From Octopus vulgaris (Eukaryota): a stretch of DNA of 64,000 nucleotides. The notes under the pieces are model-generated. The model did not search any database and was not told the DNA's origin. It was given only the letters and a program-made list of their open reading frames with translations. Position numbers and translations under genes: made by a program. This document shows, piece by piece, positions 1 through 12,000 of this stretch. The DNA lies in contig OX597815.1 of the NCBI GenBank assembly GCA_951406725.2, forward strand, positions 94,922,001 through 94,986,000. The letters are read 5' to 3'. Numbering within the stretch: the first letter of the stretch is position 1; the number at the start of each line of letters is the position of its first letter.

Positions 1-574
1 GACGATTTAATCAAGGATAAATCACATCTATCTTAATTAAGTTTTCAGAGAATGTACAATTTGTAACAACTGCTTATTCTCACTGAATATTTTGTGAAGA
101 TGTTTATGCATTTAAGCCTTCTGTTTTTCTTTATCTTCGCGTGTTTCTTGCATTGAACTGCACATTTCCAAGTGTAACCAGTTAAAGGGACCTAATAAAT
201 CATACTGACCGCTTACGTATATCAATCTGCTATTTAACTTTATGATATGGGTTTGTTGATTCGTGAAATTATGCTTTATAGCACAGGAAAAGTTTTACAC
301 CGATAAACATAACCACAAATATAGATGCAGACAAAAGCACGCATACACTCACAGACACACACATACAAACATACAAACACACATCAAACGCACACGAGCA
401 CACGTATATATGAGAACGAGGGGTGTTCGTCAAGTGGTGATTAGTCAATAAACTTATATGTAAGGACAATATGTTGCAACGATTTTAGAGGCGAAGTAAC
501 AAAGTATATTTACATCTATAATATTTCGCAGATGTTGTTTATGTTTCAAGTCTCGAGTATAAAGAAGTTGCTTT

Positions 575-743
575 AAACACACACATATTCATATATATAT
601 ATATATATGTATATGCATGTGTGTGTGTATGTATGTATGTATGTATGTATGTATGTATGTATGTATGTATGTATGTATGTATGTATGTATGTATGTGTGT
701 ATGTATGTATGTATGTGTGTATGTATGTATGTGTGTATGTATA

Positions 744-788
<45 letters not shown>

Positions 789-793
789 ATATA
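575..793. repeat. Compound microsatellite (TA)n/(TATG)n/(TG)n
   Basis: Directly visible tandem repeats; source of the YIYI/MYVC ORFs. Confidence 0.95.
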
Positions 794-811
794 ATTCTTT
801 AAACTGTTTCT

Positions 812-900
812 GCTTTAAAGCTGCGTCATGCTGGGACACTACCGTTATATTCTTTTATTCGTTTACCGTGCAACTACAGTCATGCTGGAGCACCACCGTG
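812..900 (-). mobile_element. Two SINE 3' tail fragments
   Basis: gtcatgctgggacactacc and cagtcatgctggagcaccacc match the tail of the SINE at 37232-37574. Confidence 0.55.
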
Positions 901-1004
901 CTATAAGCTAAGAGATTAGCATACTTTCACTAAATAATGACATTTGGTTAAACAGTATGAGCAAACGACATTTACTTGTGATGAATATAGTCTACATTTC
1001 ACTG

Positions 1005-1049
1005 GTATGTATGTATATATGTATGTATGAATGTATGTGTATATCTGTA

Positions 1050-1112
<63 letters not shown>
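1005..1112. repeat. (TATG)n/(TA)n/(TG)n microsatellite
   Basis: Direct observation. Confidence 0.9.
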
Positions 1113-1114
<2 letters not shown>

Positions 1115-1713
1115 AGGTGAGTATATATATTTATGTATATACACACATATATGCTTTCATACGCAAATGCTTATGCATTTATACACACACACACTCACAC
1201 GCATCACACAAGGAAAGAAAACCGAATTAATTTGGACAGGCAGCAGCAAACATAACAATATATGAATTTAGAAACGTAGAACAAGTATTAGAAACATATA
1301 GGTAAATAACGCTGTAAAAGTCAAGAATTGAAAATTAATGCTGGAATAACTGAGAAAATGTAGTAGTGGTTCATATGTAAAAAATAAAATAGATCTTAGT
1401 TGAGCAAGAAACTGAATTGATATAAAATTTACATGCCTTTGCGTTGCAGTCTTAGTGTAAATACATATATTTGGATAGTCGAATACTAGGGTCGGATGTG
1501 AAAGAAATATGATTCTGAGTGGGAAGAATGAGAATGAAGACGAAAGCAATGAGAAGGGGGTATGTAGGAGTAGAGAGAGCTGAACTTTTTAGAGATGTTA
1601 AGAAGGAAGCGTGTCAGGATAAAGGGAGAGACGGGTGGAAGAGTTGACGAGGGAATCGTATGAGAGCATTGTGTACAGTGCAGCATTAGCTAACATCTTA
1701 TGTTGTTGCTAAA

Positions 1714-2642
1714 TATGAAGATAGGCCGAAACGTTCCTGGGTGACTATGAAAGAGGGATGCTCGAGCTATGAAATCTTGCATGTATTTCATCACCTCTTA
1801 TTAAAACTATTGTTTTATTCAAGGTAATCTGATTGCTAAAAGAAGGATTTAAAGGTAACTAGTAGCGACATCCCTTGAAAATCGACAAAATTTGGTATCG
1901 TAGTGTTAACAAGTACCTGCAGGAAAGAAAGGATTTAGCTCTTAAGGTCATTCATGCTACCATGCTTACTACAGTAAAGGATGACGCTCCAGCTTTATCA
2001 ACAGTGCAAAAGTGGGCGGCTGAATTAAGGAGGGGAAGGGAGAGTCTTGAAAATAGTGCACGGTCTGGACGTTATGCTACTGCTACTACCGAGAAAAATA
2101 TTGATCGTGTTTTTCACATGGTGATAATTGACAGGAAATTGACTATAAAATCAAACAGCCTATTAGCATAACCCGTGAGAGAGTTGAGAATATTCTGCTC
2201 AATGAACTTGTAATGACGAAGTTTTCTGCTCGCTGGTTGCCACGTCTTCTCTCACCTAATCCAAAGTGAACCAAGCTGATCACATCACGGGAACCCCTGA
2301 CATTGTTCGATGCTGGTCCAGTTGATTTCGTCGAACATTTTCCACGTCAGGATGAGGCTGGGTTCATCAATTTCAGCCAGAGACAAAAAGGCAATCCATG
2401 CAGTGGTATATCCCTCTTCATCTAATTTTGGAGTCCAAAGAAAACTAACATCAGTTCGTAGCAGGGAAGGTGATAGCGTAAATTTTGGTGGGATGCGAAA
2501 GGCGTTGTGCTTATTGACAATCTTGACATAGGCCATAAAATCAATGGACAATATTATACCAACTATGACAGGCTATCAAGACCAAACTCCCAGGAAGACT
2601 GACGCAAGGGGTCTTTTTCACCACGACAATGCACCAGCATAC
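1714..2642 (+). mobile_element. Mariner (DD34D-type) transposon relic, 3' truncated, frameshifted transposase
   Basis: ORF 1875-2171 has an HTH N-terminus (DDAPALSTVQKWAAELRRGRESLENSARSGR); later frames give SARWLPRLL (WVPRLL motif) and LFHHDNAPAY; TIR-like tatgaagataggccgaaacgttcc at about 1714. Confidence 0.9.
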
Positions 2643-2696
2643 ACACGCACACACATGCACATACACGCGCGCACGCACACATACACACACACACGC

Positions 2697-2825
2697 GACG
2701 GGGTTCTTTTAGCTTCCGTCTACCGAATCTCCTCCAAAGCCTTGGGTCAGCCCGAGGCTAGAGTGCCGAAGATGTCAAACAGCGCGACTGAAACGGGAAC
2801 CATGTAGTTGGGAGTAAAAGTATTT
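2697..2825 (-). mobile_element. tRNA-headed SINE fragment (family of 37232-37574)
   Basis: cgacggggttcttttagcttccgtctaccgaatc...ccttgggtcagcccgaggcta aligns to 37437-37510. Confidence 0.7.
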
Positions 2826-4151
2826 GTGGCCTTCATACCCAAATCCAGTTTCAATTGATTCACGATTAGGATCATTCGTTTGTGATTGGGTCCTTTTTGC
2901 TCATCGCTATGCGTGTAATGTGACCCACTAGATTGCAAATATACTGTGAATGTTAAATTATTTGTTTCCTAGTTAATTTTATTATATCAATTATTGCACA
3001 TCACTTAATGGTTCACTCTTCACTACCTTGCTATGTTACGTTCGATACTACATTTCGCTGATATGGTCATAAATTCCAAAATATGGCCTTAGATGTCTCT
3101 CATACTGGAAGAAATAATTAAAGTACTGTTAATCCTTTGCTATTATTCTTCCACATAATTACTTTGTGCTAACTTTAAGTACATTAACTCTAACGATTAT
3201 CAATTTACTTCGAAATTCAGCCCAAGCAAGGAATAGTAAACAATATTTGCATGGGCTAAATTTAAGATTCTTAACCACAATTTATTACCGATTTTCTAGA
3301 TAATTGTTTAAGTGAATAGCTTTTCTGACATTCATTATTAATGAAAACATTATCTAAGAATAATCTCTTCATCAGCCGCTGTGTTTCCTTCTGCAAATAG
3401 TGGAACATAATTATTTCAAGATCATGAGAAATGTTTCAGCTTAATATTACTTGTAACTAATGAATATGCATACATGCCTCATATCTGTGACTTTTCACCA
3501 TGACTACATTTGTCAATTTATCGACAAAATTTATTAAAAATCAGAAGTAAAAAATGCGTATATAATTATGAATTTTCAGGCAATTAATCTCATCCATTTA
3601 AAGTTGAAGTTTTTTTCAAATACTTGCAACTACGCTACGTTCCAAAAGTTTGACCACCAGTCACCAGGTATTAAAGATAGTGCACTAAAGTTTAGATTTC
3701 GTTTCACTTGATTTCAATAACACCAAATTATGTCTGGAATAGTTACCGAAGTGCAAGAGTTCTATACATTTCTCCTTGATGCCATATCGTATTAATCTTA
3801 ATGAATTTAGATTCTGTCCGTTTTTACCATAATTGTTTTAATAACGACTAATACGTCTCACTAGATAGATTTAATTAATTAACATTTATTGGTTAACTAC
3901 ATCAATTATGTTAACGCCCGTTTGATTGTATTTGTTGGTGTGCGTATAAATCCAATCAAGTTCGATAACAGGAACCTGACATCAAACTTATCCAGTTGCT
4001 CATATACACCCACCCATACAAAGAAATGATATAGCTGTTGACAACCAAAGATAGAACAGACTCCGGAGTAGACTAGATTAGCCTCAGATGCGGTAAATAG
4101 CCTTAAATTTACACATTCAAGAAGTGGTTGCGTTGCTAACGATTCTGCACG

Positions 4152-4360
4152 TAAGGCAGGATCGTTAGCACGTCGGGCATAATACCTAGCGGCATTTTTT
4201 CCGTCTTCACTTTCTGAGTTTAAATTCCACTGCGGTTGACTTTGCCTTTCATCGTTTTGGCGTAGATAAAAAATGAATACCAGTTGAACACTGACGACGA
4301 TCTAATCGATTTATCCCCTCTCTCAAAATTGCTGGCCTTATACCAAAATTTGAAATCAAT
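4152..4360 (+). mobile_element. SINE of a second family (central tttgcctttcatc...gataaaa...taccag domain)
   Basis: Related degenerate copies at about 26385-26600 and 38080-38245; B-box-like gagtttaaattcc. Confidence 0.7.
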
Positions 4361-4383
4361 TATATAAGCATGTACACGTAAAA

Positions 4384-4520
4384 ACACAGAGAGAGACAGA
4401 CAGACAGACACACATACATACATACATACATACATACATACATACATACATACATACATACATACATACATACATACATAAATGAATACATACACACACA
4501 CACACACATATATATATATA
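4384..4520. repeat. (CAGA)n/(CATA)n/(CA)n/(TA)n microsatellite
   Basis: Direct observation. Confidence 0.9.
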
Positions 4521-4599
4521 TGAGTAAATGTAATGTTAAGCAAGTTTGGCAAGTTGACATACAAAGAATATTAGATACATTTAAAACAAAAAAATGTAC

Positions 4600-6060
4600 A
4601 TGTGTTTACATATAAGAAAGTTCGACTATTACAGAATAGAAATAATATCAGGAATTAAAGGGGTTGAATAAAAGTTTTACGAGTTCAACAGCTGTTCCTG
4701 GGGCCTGGTGATCCAAAATAATAATAGTTAATTGATTCCATCATCGGATAATACCAGGCTCCATCTTCAGGGAAGAAGTTTTACATCTGTGGTGTTGACA
4801 GAAAGGAGATTAAAGATGGTATGATTTTGTGGAGAATTAAGTGTTTTAAGCAGAGTAACGAGATGAGAAAATAAATTTCAGGGTTAGGGGTTGGTAATGA
4901 GGCTAGTAGAAAGTCATAGTGGTAGAGGTTGAAGGTGGAAGGAGGAAGGAAGGGTGGTTTAGGTAGTATGTGAATGGTAACCTTTGTGTTAGTTTGTATG
5001 AAGACTATAGATTTAAAGGTTGAAATTGTGAAAATGGGAATGGTCATTATTTGAGGGAAATATGTTGATGGGTTCAGTGGTTGAAGGAGATTAGTAAGGC
5101 ATGTAGAGAGGTATGAGTGAAGATAGATGGGGATAGAATGGGGGTTGAGTAAGTGGTCACAATAGCAGTTGCTAGTGGGGCAAAGGAATTGGGTTGGTAT
5201 TGGAGGAGTGTGTTATGGTATGAAGAGGTGTATTAAATTGAATAGAGGGATATGTATAAGGAGGGGAAGATGTAAACTGATTAGTTTTCAAAGGGGTTGG
5301 GTAGTGTTAAGCACCTTTGAAGTTGGGGAGGGTGGCGAGGCTAAAAGGAAAGTGGGAAGTAGTGGATTAGAAGAATTTGGAAATGAGTGTACGAGAAAGA
5401 ATGAGAGGTTAGTATTTTTTAAGTAGTAGGTTGCTAGGCTGACTTTGTCTTAGTTTAAGGTTATTTGGGGTATAGATACTTAAAGTTATGGGATTATATA
5501 GATTTAGTAAAGTGCGTGAAAGATGACTAGTTCTTATGTTTACAAGCATAAATTACACCACAGAATCGATTAAGTAATGAGGAAGTATGAAGGCGAAGAA
5601 TGGTTAATGATTCTTTCTGACATATCTCAGACTCATTGATATTTGCATTGCATGGAGGGTCCTCCCTTACTATGGACTAGGATCGGGTGTAAGGAATGTT
5701 TTGAGATTTAATGTCGTGTATATAAGTTGCTAAAGAGGATGATAATTTAGAATTTGCATTAGAGAAAGAATTCATGTATGCACGGTAGCGGCGCTTGAAA
5801 TCTACAGTAACGCCGATATATACATTTGCCTGTTGGGAGTGCGGTGTTATAACACGGCACGTGTAGACTGCATGTTTACGTAGACAGAAGCCTCCAAGAG
5901 GGCGTGGTTAAGAAATCCGACATTTGCAAATTTTCCTAAATACTCCATGGTTGCAGTTTACTGCTAGAGCGGTTGAGCCCCGTTCGTTCACTGTTAGTGG
6001 GAGAAAATCTGAAATGCAAGCTGTATTAGTATTGGATTCGGAGGTGACATTGCAGCTAGT
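4600..6060 (-). mobile_element. Decayed Penelope-like element 3' portion: GIY-YIG endonuclease, 3' region and pLTR
   Basis: Minus strand 5930-5690 translates (with a frameshift) CKCR...PLGGFCLRKHAVYTCRV...VYIGVTVDFKRRYRAYMNSF...SSLATYIHDIK, a PLE GIY-YIG signature; HHR motif near its 3' end. Confidence 0.8.
4684..4774 (-). ncRNA. Type I hammerhead-like motif with long stem II (degenerate)
   Basis: ttcc-CTGAAGA-tggagcctggt...accaggcccca-GGAAC-agct-GTT-gaa; palindromic stem III ACAGCTGT; A13G change and shortened stem I. Confidence 0.7.
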
Positions 6061-6099
6061 ATACACACACACACACATACACACACTCACACACTCGCA

Positions 6100-6365
6100 T
6101 TAGCATAATTATACCTAATGTGTCCATCTGTTCTAATTTAATTAAGTTTTATGTCTTTGTGCAGCTGAAGATTGCTCTACATTTTAAATTGATGTAATGA
6201 TTGCATTGTTCAATTAAATGGAATTGCATGAAACGATCGTACTGCATTACCTCTGGATATCCTTGTTGCTTATTCTGATTTTAACCACCTTATTTTGAAA
6301 TTGTATGGATAATACCGTACCAAATTCTGGTGCCTCAACTTAAGTACCATATTCATCTGAATCTA
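6100..6365 (+). mobile_element. Short HHR-bearing repeat (pLTR/retrozyme-like), family shared with 24590-24960
   Basis: Aligns to both arms at 24.6-24.96 kb (aaattgatgtaatg.ttgcattg, atccttgtt, cctcaacttaagtacc); bounded by microsatellites. Confidence 0.75.
6160..6246 (+). ncRNA. Type I minimal hammerhead ribozyme, extended stem II, GUA cleavage triplet
   Basis: tgcag-CTGAAGA-[about 58-nt hairpin]-GAAAC-gatc-GTA-ctgca; perfect 5-bp stem I, canonical core, palindromic stem III ACGATCGT. Confidence 0.85.
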
Positions 6366-6381
6366 TCTATATCTATATCTA

Positions 6382-6443
<62 letters not shown>

Positions 6444-6445
6444 TG

Positions 6446-6481
<36 letters not shown>

Positions 6482-6560
6482 TACATATACACACATCCAC
6501 ACATCCACACACGCATACACAGTCAAACTCATGCACACACATTTACATGCGCACACATTA
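6361..6560. repeat. (TA)n/(GA)n/(GATA)n/(CA)n microsatellite
   Basis: Direct observation. Confidence 0.9.
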
Positions 6561-7014
6561 TTTAAACATTAAAGATTTATTTTGAAACATTTTGCTTGAA
6601 TTATTGAGAATTGAGTACAAAAAAGAATTTTTGACCATTTTATTAAATGAATGAATCATTTCACCAACGTTCATCTAAACTATATGGTTATAGAAAACAA
6701 TACATTTCGGCGAAAATTACCACCAAGATTCGTTTGAATTCTAATACTTTAGATATTTGCTTTGAACTTTATTCTAACTTATAATGTTGCCTTGCAGCCA
6801 TGATTTTTATGTTCGTCTCTGACGAACGTCACTTAGCCAGACAGTGAGTCAGTCAGCAAGTTTCGGCGCCATCTCATCATTAGCTTCCTCGCTTCAGGTA
6901 TAAGTGAAAGCCAGGTCAAAAATATTCTTTGTCTATTGCTGGTGTTAACAGCAGTATGTATACATACGCAGACACTCACATGCACGCACAAACAAATACA
7001 AACACACACAGACT

Positions 7015-7168
7015 GCATCATTATCACCATCATAATTTAACGTTTGCTTTTCTTCCTGGCACGGGTTATACGGTTTGGCTGAAACTGGTAGGCTGAAAAG
7101 CTGCACCAAGTTATAATCCGAATTGCCAGAGTTTCTACGGTTGGATGCCCTTCCTAACGCCAACCACT
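7015..7168 (-). mobile_element. SINE or non-autonomous RTE-related fragment
   Basis: Minus strand ggttggcgttaggaagggcatccaaccgtagaaac...aaacgttaaattatgatggtgataatgatg resembles RTE-type motifs with a (GAT)n-like tail. Confidence 0.55.
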
Positions 7169-7989
7169 GAAACAAACAACTAAGAGGTAGAAGATATTGT
7201 ATATTAAAATACTCAGAAAATGTTCAAGGAATTACAAATTTTTGCCCCTAAAATTTTGAAATACTTAACTCTGAGACACTACTAATTTTATCACGATACA
7301 GGAATTTTGAGACAACTCAGAACTGAAATATAATACGTCGTATTGCAATTTGAATTTTGTGTGGTATTTAGCGGTAGCTGTTTCACTTGAGGCGGCTATT
7401 TTCATCTTCTAATAAAGTAAAATATCTTCCAGTCTGATCGTTTTTTGTTGTGTGCGATCTGATGTTCAAAATCTTATATCCATTTCCATTTAAGATATAT
7501 CGGGAAAATTTATAACATCTCACAGAAGGACAACGTTCCTAACAGAGCTGTGTTTAAGCAGTGTGAAACAATAAGGATTAAAAATCACTTCATCAAGATG
7601 CATATATTGTTAGAATGGATGTCAATAGAATAACAAAGGATGTATTATAGAGGAAGCTAGGCACAAACCGGCGTTTACAAGGCGGCCACCATAACACTTG
7701 TAATAACATTTTAAAACTTAAACTTATGACTTCAAAAAGGCGAGGACTTGTGCAGTCAGCGTAGTGATCAATGTGATATGCTGGAAAAAATGTTGTGAAT
7801 GTCACTGCATGGGTCAGTTATTTAAAATTGCTAGAAATGATTAAGTTTTGGCTTATATTTTTCAATGATGTAGATTTCCTTGTTTAATCTAACTTGTCTT
7901 GGTGTCCCAATGGCACATTGATAGAATGGAAAGATTAAAAATTATGATAGCAGCTACTTTGCGCATTTCTCAATGTGTTCATTAAAGAT

Positions 7990-8922
7990 TATCATTCTGT
8001 ATTCTCGGAGTGCATCTGCGTCTGAGCCATAATCCCGTGGACCCTATGTGGATTTGGTGGCAGCCTGAGCATCTTATAACATAAATCAGGTTTTCTGAGG
8101 CACAAATACAGTCAGATTTGATTTTGAATTGTTGTCCCTCTTTGAAAAGGAATTCAGATCCTTCTAGAAGGTTTGGACATGTTGCGCAATTTGGTCGACC
8201 ACATTTCTTCCCTTTTGCGTCAGTTATTTTAGAAAATAATTTTGACTTTGTGAGGACCTTTTTTTAGTGATTTCGTTTGTTTGTGGCTTTAAATGAGCTT
8301 ATGTGTGTGTAAAATTTCCTTTAATTTGGGGTCCTTATGTAGCATTGATATATTTTGGATGATGATGGTGAAGGCTTCTTTGTTTCTGGGGTTGTATGTG
8401 GATATGTATGGCAGTATTTTAGGGGAAGGTGTGTTGCTAAGTTGAACTTTTCTTAAGGTCGATTTGTGTCGCACGTCTGATTCCATCCTCTATGACTTGA
8501 ACTGGGTAGTGTCTGTCAATCAGGGTGTTTTTGAATCCTTGCAGTCTAAAGTTTCTGGTATTTTTTCTGACACTATTGCATATATCCTTCTTGCAAGGTT
8601 GAAGGGGATGTTTGTTTTGGCGTGTCTTGGGAGGCATGAATTAAATAATAGATATTGTTTGGCGTCTGTGGTTTTGTAGAATATGTCTGTTTCTAGTTTT
8701 ATGTTCATTTTGTTTAATTAGTATATCCAAGAATGGGAGCTACCTTTGGTTGCATTCCATTGTGAACTGTATGTTTGGGTTGACGCTGTTCAATAGTCTT
8801 TTGAATTTCAGGAGTTTATCCGTGTTTTCATTCCAGAGTACAACACAGTCGTCTATGAATGTTTTCCAATTTTCTTTTATATATTGGGAAAGAGCGTTTC
8901 CAAAGGTAGATAAAGATTCTTG
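7990..8922 (-). mobile_element. Penelope-like element fragment (RT C-terminal half, thumb, linker), frameshifted
   Basis: WKTFIDDC...NSVNPNIQFTME...TDIFYKTTDAKQYLLFNSCLPRHAKTNIPFNLARRI...ISTYNPRN; homologous to 62637-63717. Confidence 0.9.
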
Positions 8923-8950
8923 GTATATACATACATACATACATACATGC

Positions 8951-9011
<61 letters not shown>

Positions 9012-12000
9012 ATCCAAGAATCGAGGTGCAGGAAGACAGTTAGCTTCAAGCAAACCGTAGTAAATAAAAAAAAACGCTTTTCAGGGACAATAATGGTTTA
9101 TTGAGACGAAAGGTTGCGGATTTTCTTCTTGTCGAAGTTCGATAAATTGAAAAGAGTTCTATTTATATTTCACGGTAGGCAACCAGGGCTATCGGGTATG
9201 CGAATAAGAATACAAGAGTTAAGGAAAAGAATATATAAGATCCGGACTACATATGTTTCATAGCGAGCGGAAACTCGGAAGTGGTAAATATCCGAGCGAG
9301 GTGTATACCGTGGACTACTAATACAAAAAATATTTATATCCAACTTAACGTGGACGTGTTCTAAGAGCACCGAACTTTGCGTCATTTATCTTGAGAGAAC
9401 CTTTTATATGAACTCGTGGGGTAAAGAGCATATTCATTTATATCACTGGCAGACGAAAATCATCCGTTATGGGCGCCGCCGGAGATGCCAGATCACGGGA
9501 TTTCGACGTGCCTTGTCTCTTCAGTGACAGACGTCCGGTAGCCGCATGCAATCAAATTTCACTGCCAGCGATATATGGATATTTTTAGTGATCGTTTATG
9601 CACTGATATCGCAAATATCAAACAGGGTTACTGAAAAAAAATTAATAGCAACAGCAGCAGTATCATTACAAAAAGGCAATCTTTATATTTCAACTTGATG
9701 TGGATGCATTGTTAAAACGCCGAAGCTAGGAGGACGTGGTCTTGGTTATCTGTAAATGCCTAACTTTTAAAACCATGCATTACTCATAATTGATTTGTGT
9801 ATAAGCAGGACTTTTGAAGATAATGCATTTATATAAAATATTCTTATTTTTTCGATGCATACATTTATAAATGCTTATTTATTAAAATAAGTCTCCATTT
9901 TACCCCATAATTAACACATTTATTCTTTAAAACACACTTTCAGTTTTAAAAGGATGGGAGGAATACCTGCCAGGTGTCATAAGGAATGAAGTTGAATTAG
10001 CATAACAGGATATTCTTCACTTGCGTTTTATTTCATAAGCAGGAAGAAAATTTAATTCCAAAAGACATCAACGTGATTAAATGTGTAAAACAATGCAATT
10101 ATACATTCACAGCTCCAAAGGGTTTTAAACAGGAATTGGCTTGTGTTACCATGTAAACCACAGCAATTGAATGCTATCCAACAGAGCGATGAAAGAAAGG
10201 GATTAAATTGGAAAGGAAGAAGTTAGAAACCTCGAGATGTGTTACTGCGGAGATGGCAAGCAATGTAGGAAGACAAAGCCAATTGTAAAAGCTACATAAT
10301 AGACGGTGTTAATTAGCAGAGCAATTGCGATAGAATTGCTGGCGAATCAATAATTACAAATAGACTGAGAACACCATCAAATCATCTGTGAAAACAAAGG
10401 CATAGTCGTTTGAGAACAGCAAACAAGGGAGACATTCAGAGAGGCAAAGCTGTTGAACGTGCTCAACAAACGAAAAGATGCTTCGTATTAAAAGTTTAAA
10501 TAGAACTGAATGCCTCTCTCTCTCTTTCTTTATCTCTCTCCTGTGTATACACACGCACACATATATACACAAACACACACATATACATGTATATGTATGC
10601 ATGTATGTATAATGTTATATGTTAGCGATAAGGACCTGAATGAGTGCATCACTACGACAGCACTGGTATCTCAGTATGGTACTCATATAAAACAAAAGGA
10701 GTATAGTACTGGAATACCAGTAGTTCTGTGCTGGTGAGTTCATTCCGGCCTTATGTTACCCTTTAAGTAAGGTCACTCATAAATTCAACTGCTGAAAAAA
10801 CTTTAGTTTAGTACTAGTATGTTTGAATCCGGTACAACCTGTTACATAGTCGAGTTGCAAGTAATTCAACCGGTATCACCACGAAGCAGCCTTGGTGTGA
10901 AACGTTTCTAGAAATTGACTACAACAAAAGCACCTGTCAAAAGATCAAATAAAATCTCATAGAATCAATATTTACTGTAGCAATAGTGCGAGAAGAAAAA
11001 TATTCGAGATCATACCACAAAACTGTAAAAAATCATCAAGCTTAAAAAGAAGTGACACCCAAAACTATAAGAAATTTACACAACACTGGCTTACAGAACT
11101 CTCATCCCTCCCGCCACAATCCACATAGACTATTATCTACATAATCATTACCCTTCACACGCAATAGAACATGCAACGCATACGAAATGCAATCACCACA
11201 TAACATAATAATACAACTCACATAAAGCATCTTTATTAGAAAGAATATAGTACTAATTAAGACTATCGAAATTAAAACAAAGCCCATAATTAAAAGAGAC
11301 TCAGAGACCTAATGTTATCCTGACTAGCATCGAATGGGGCCTTCTGACTGTTGTGTTCTCCGGCCTAAATGCTCATACTGAGAATAGACATCTTTATGCA
11401 GGCTATCTTGCATAAATATGTCTATTCATCCCAGGTGAAAATAACCCATTTACTTGTCAGGAAATTTACTGCAGAGCACCATCTCTCCCTGTACCGCCAC
11501 CTTCCACATTAAATTAATAAGGGCTTTCTCGAGGAACAAGCTGTATGTCCTTAGAAATTGTGAACAACAGAACAAGAAAATTTCATGTTTTTCACAGACT
11601 AATGAATGTGGCAAGACCGTTCTTACAATAAATTCGGATACATTCTACATGCGACAACAGCTGTTCAGCAAGCTCCATATGTCGGCGTACTCACACACTG
11701 AGTGAGTGTGAAAAGGTTCAAATGAACGTGACTTAAGCTTTTACTTTATCTTCAGTAGAATTATCTCGAGCATTAAAATATAACTCCCCAATCAATTTAC
11801 CTCGTCCAAGCTCCTAACTCTGGAGGTCTGGCTCAAACCAAGGACCATCATTGCAGAGGCCCACATTACTGCCACACATGACTTTGCCTCTCCAATTTCC
11901 GAGTTGATGTATGTATGTATGTATGTATGTATGTATGTATGTATGCAATGTGTATGTGTGAGTGTATGTGAGCGCGCGCATCTGTGTATGTATTTGTGTG

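Noticed and set aside
573-1265. ORFs rich in YI/MYVC/HT repeats here and throughout the window
   Set aside because: Translations of microsatellites, which lack stop codons in some frames; not genes
1270-1690. Purine-skewed tracts here and at 49930-50250, 51170-51440 and 56400-57000 as PLE remnants
   Set aside because: Only faint Cys/His spacing similarity; too decayed to call without a profile search
1714-1740. atgaaga-taggcc-gaaacgtt as a hammerhead
   Set aside because: No stem I or II; position and sequence fit the mariner 5' TIR
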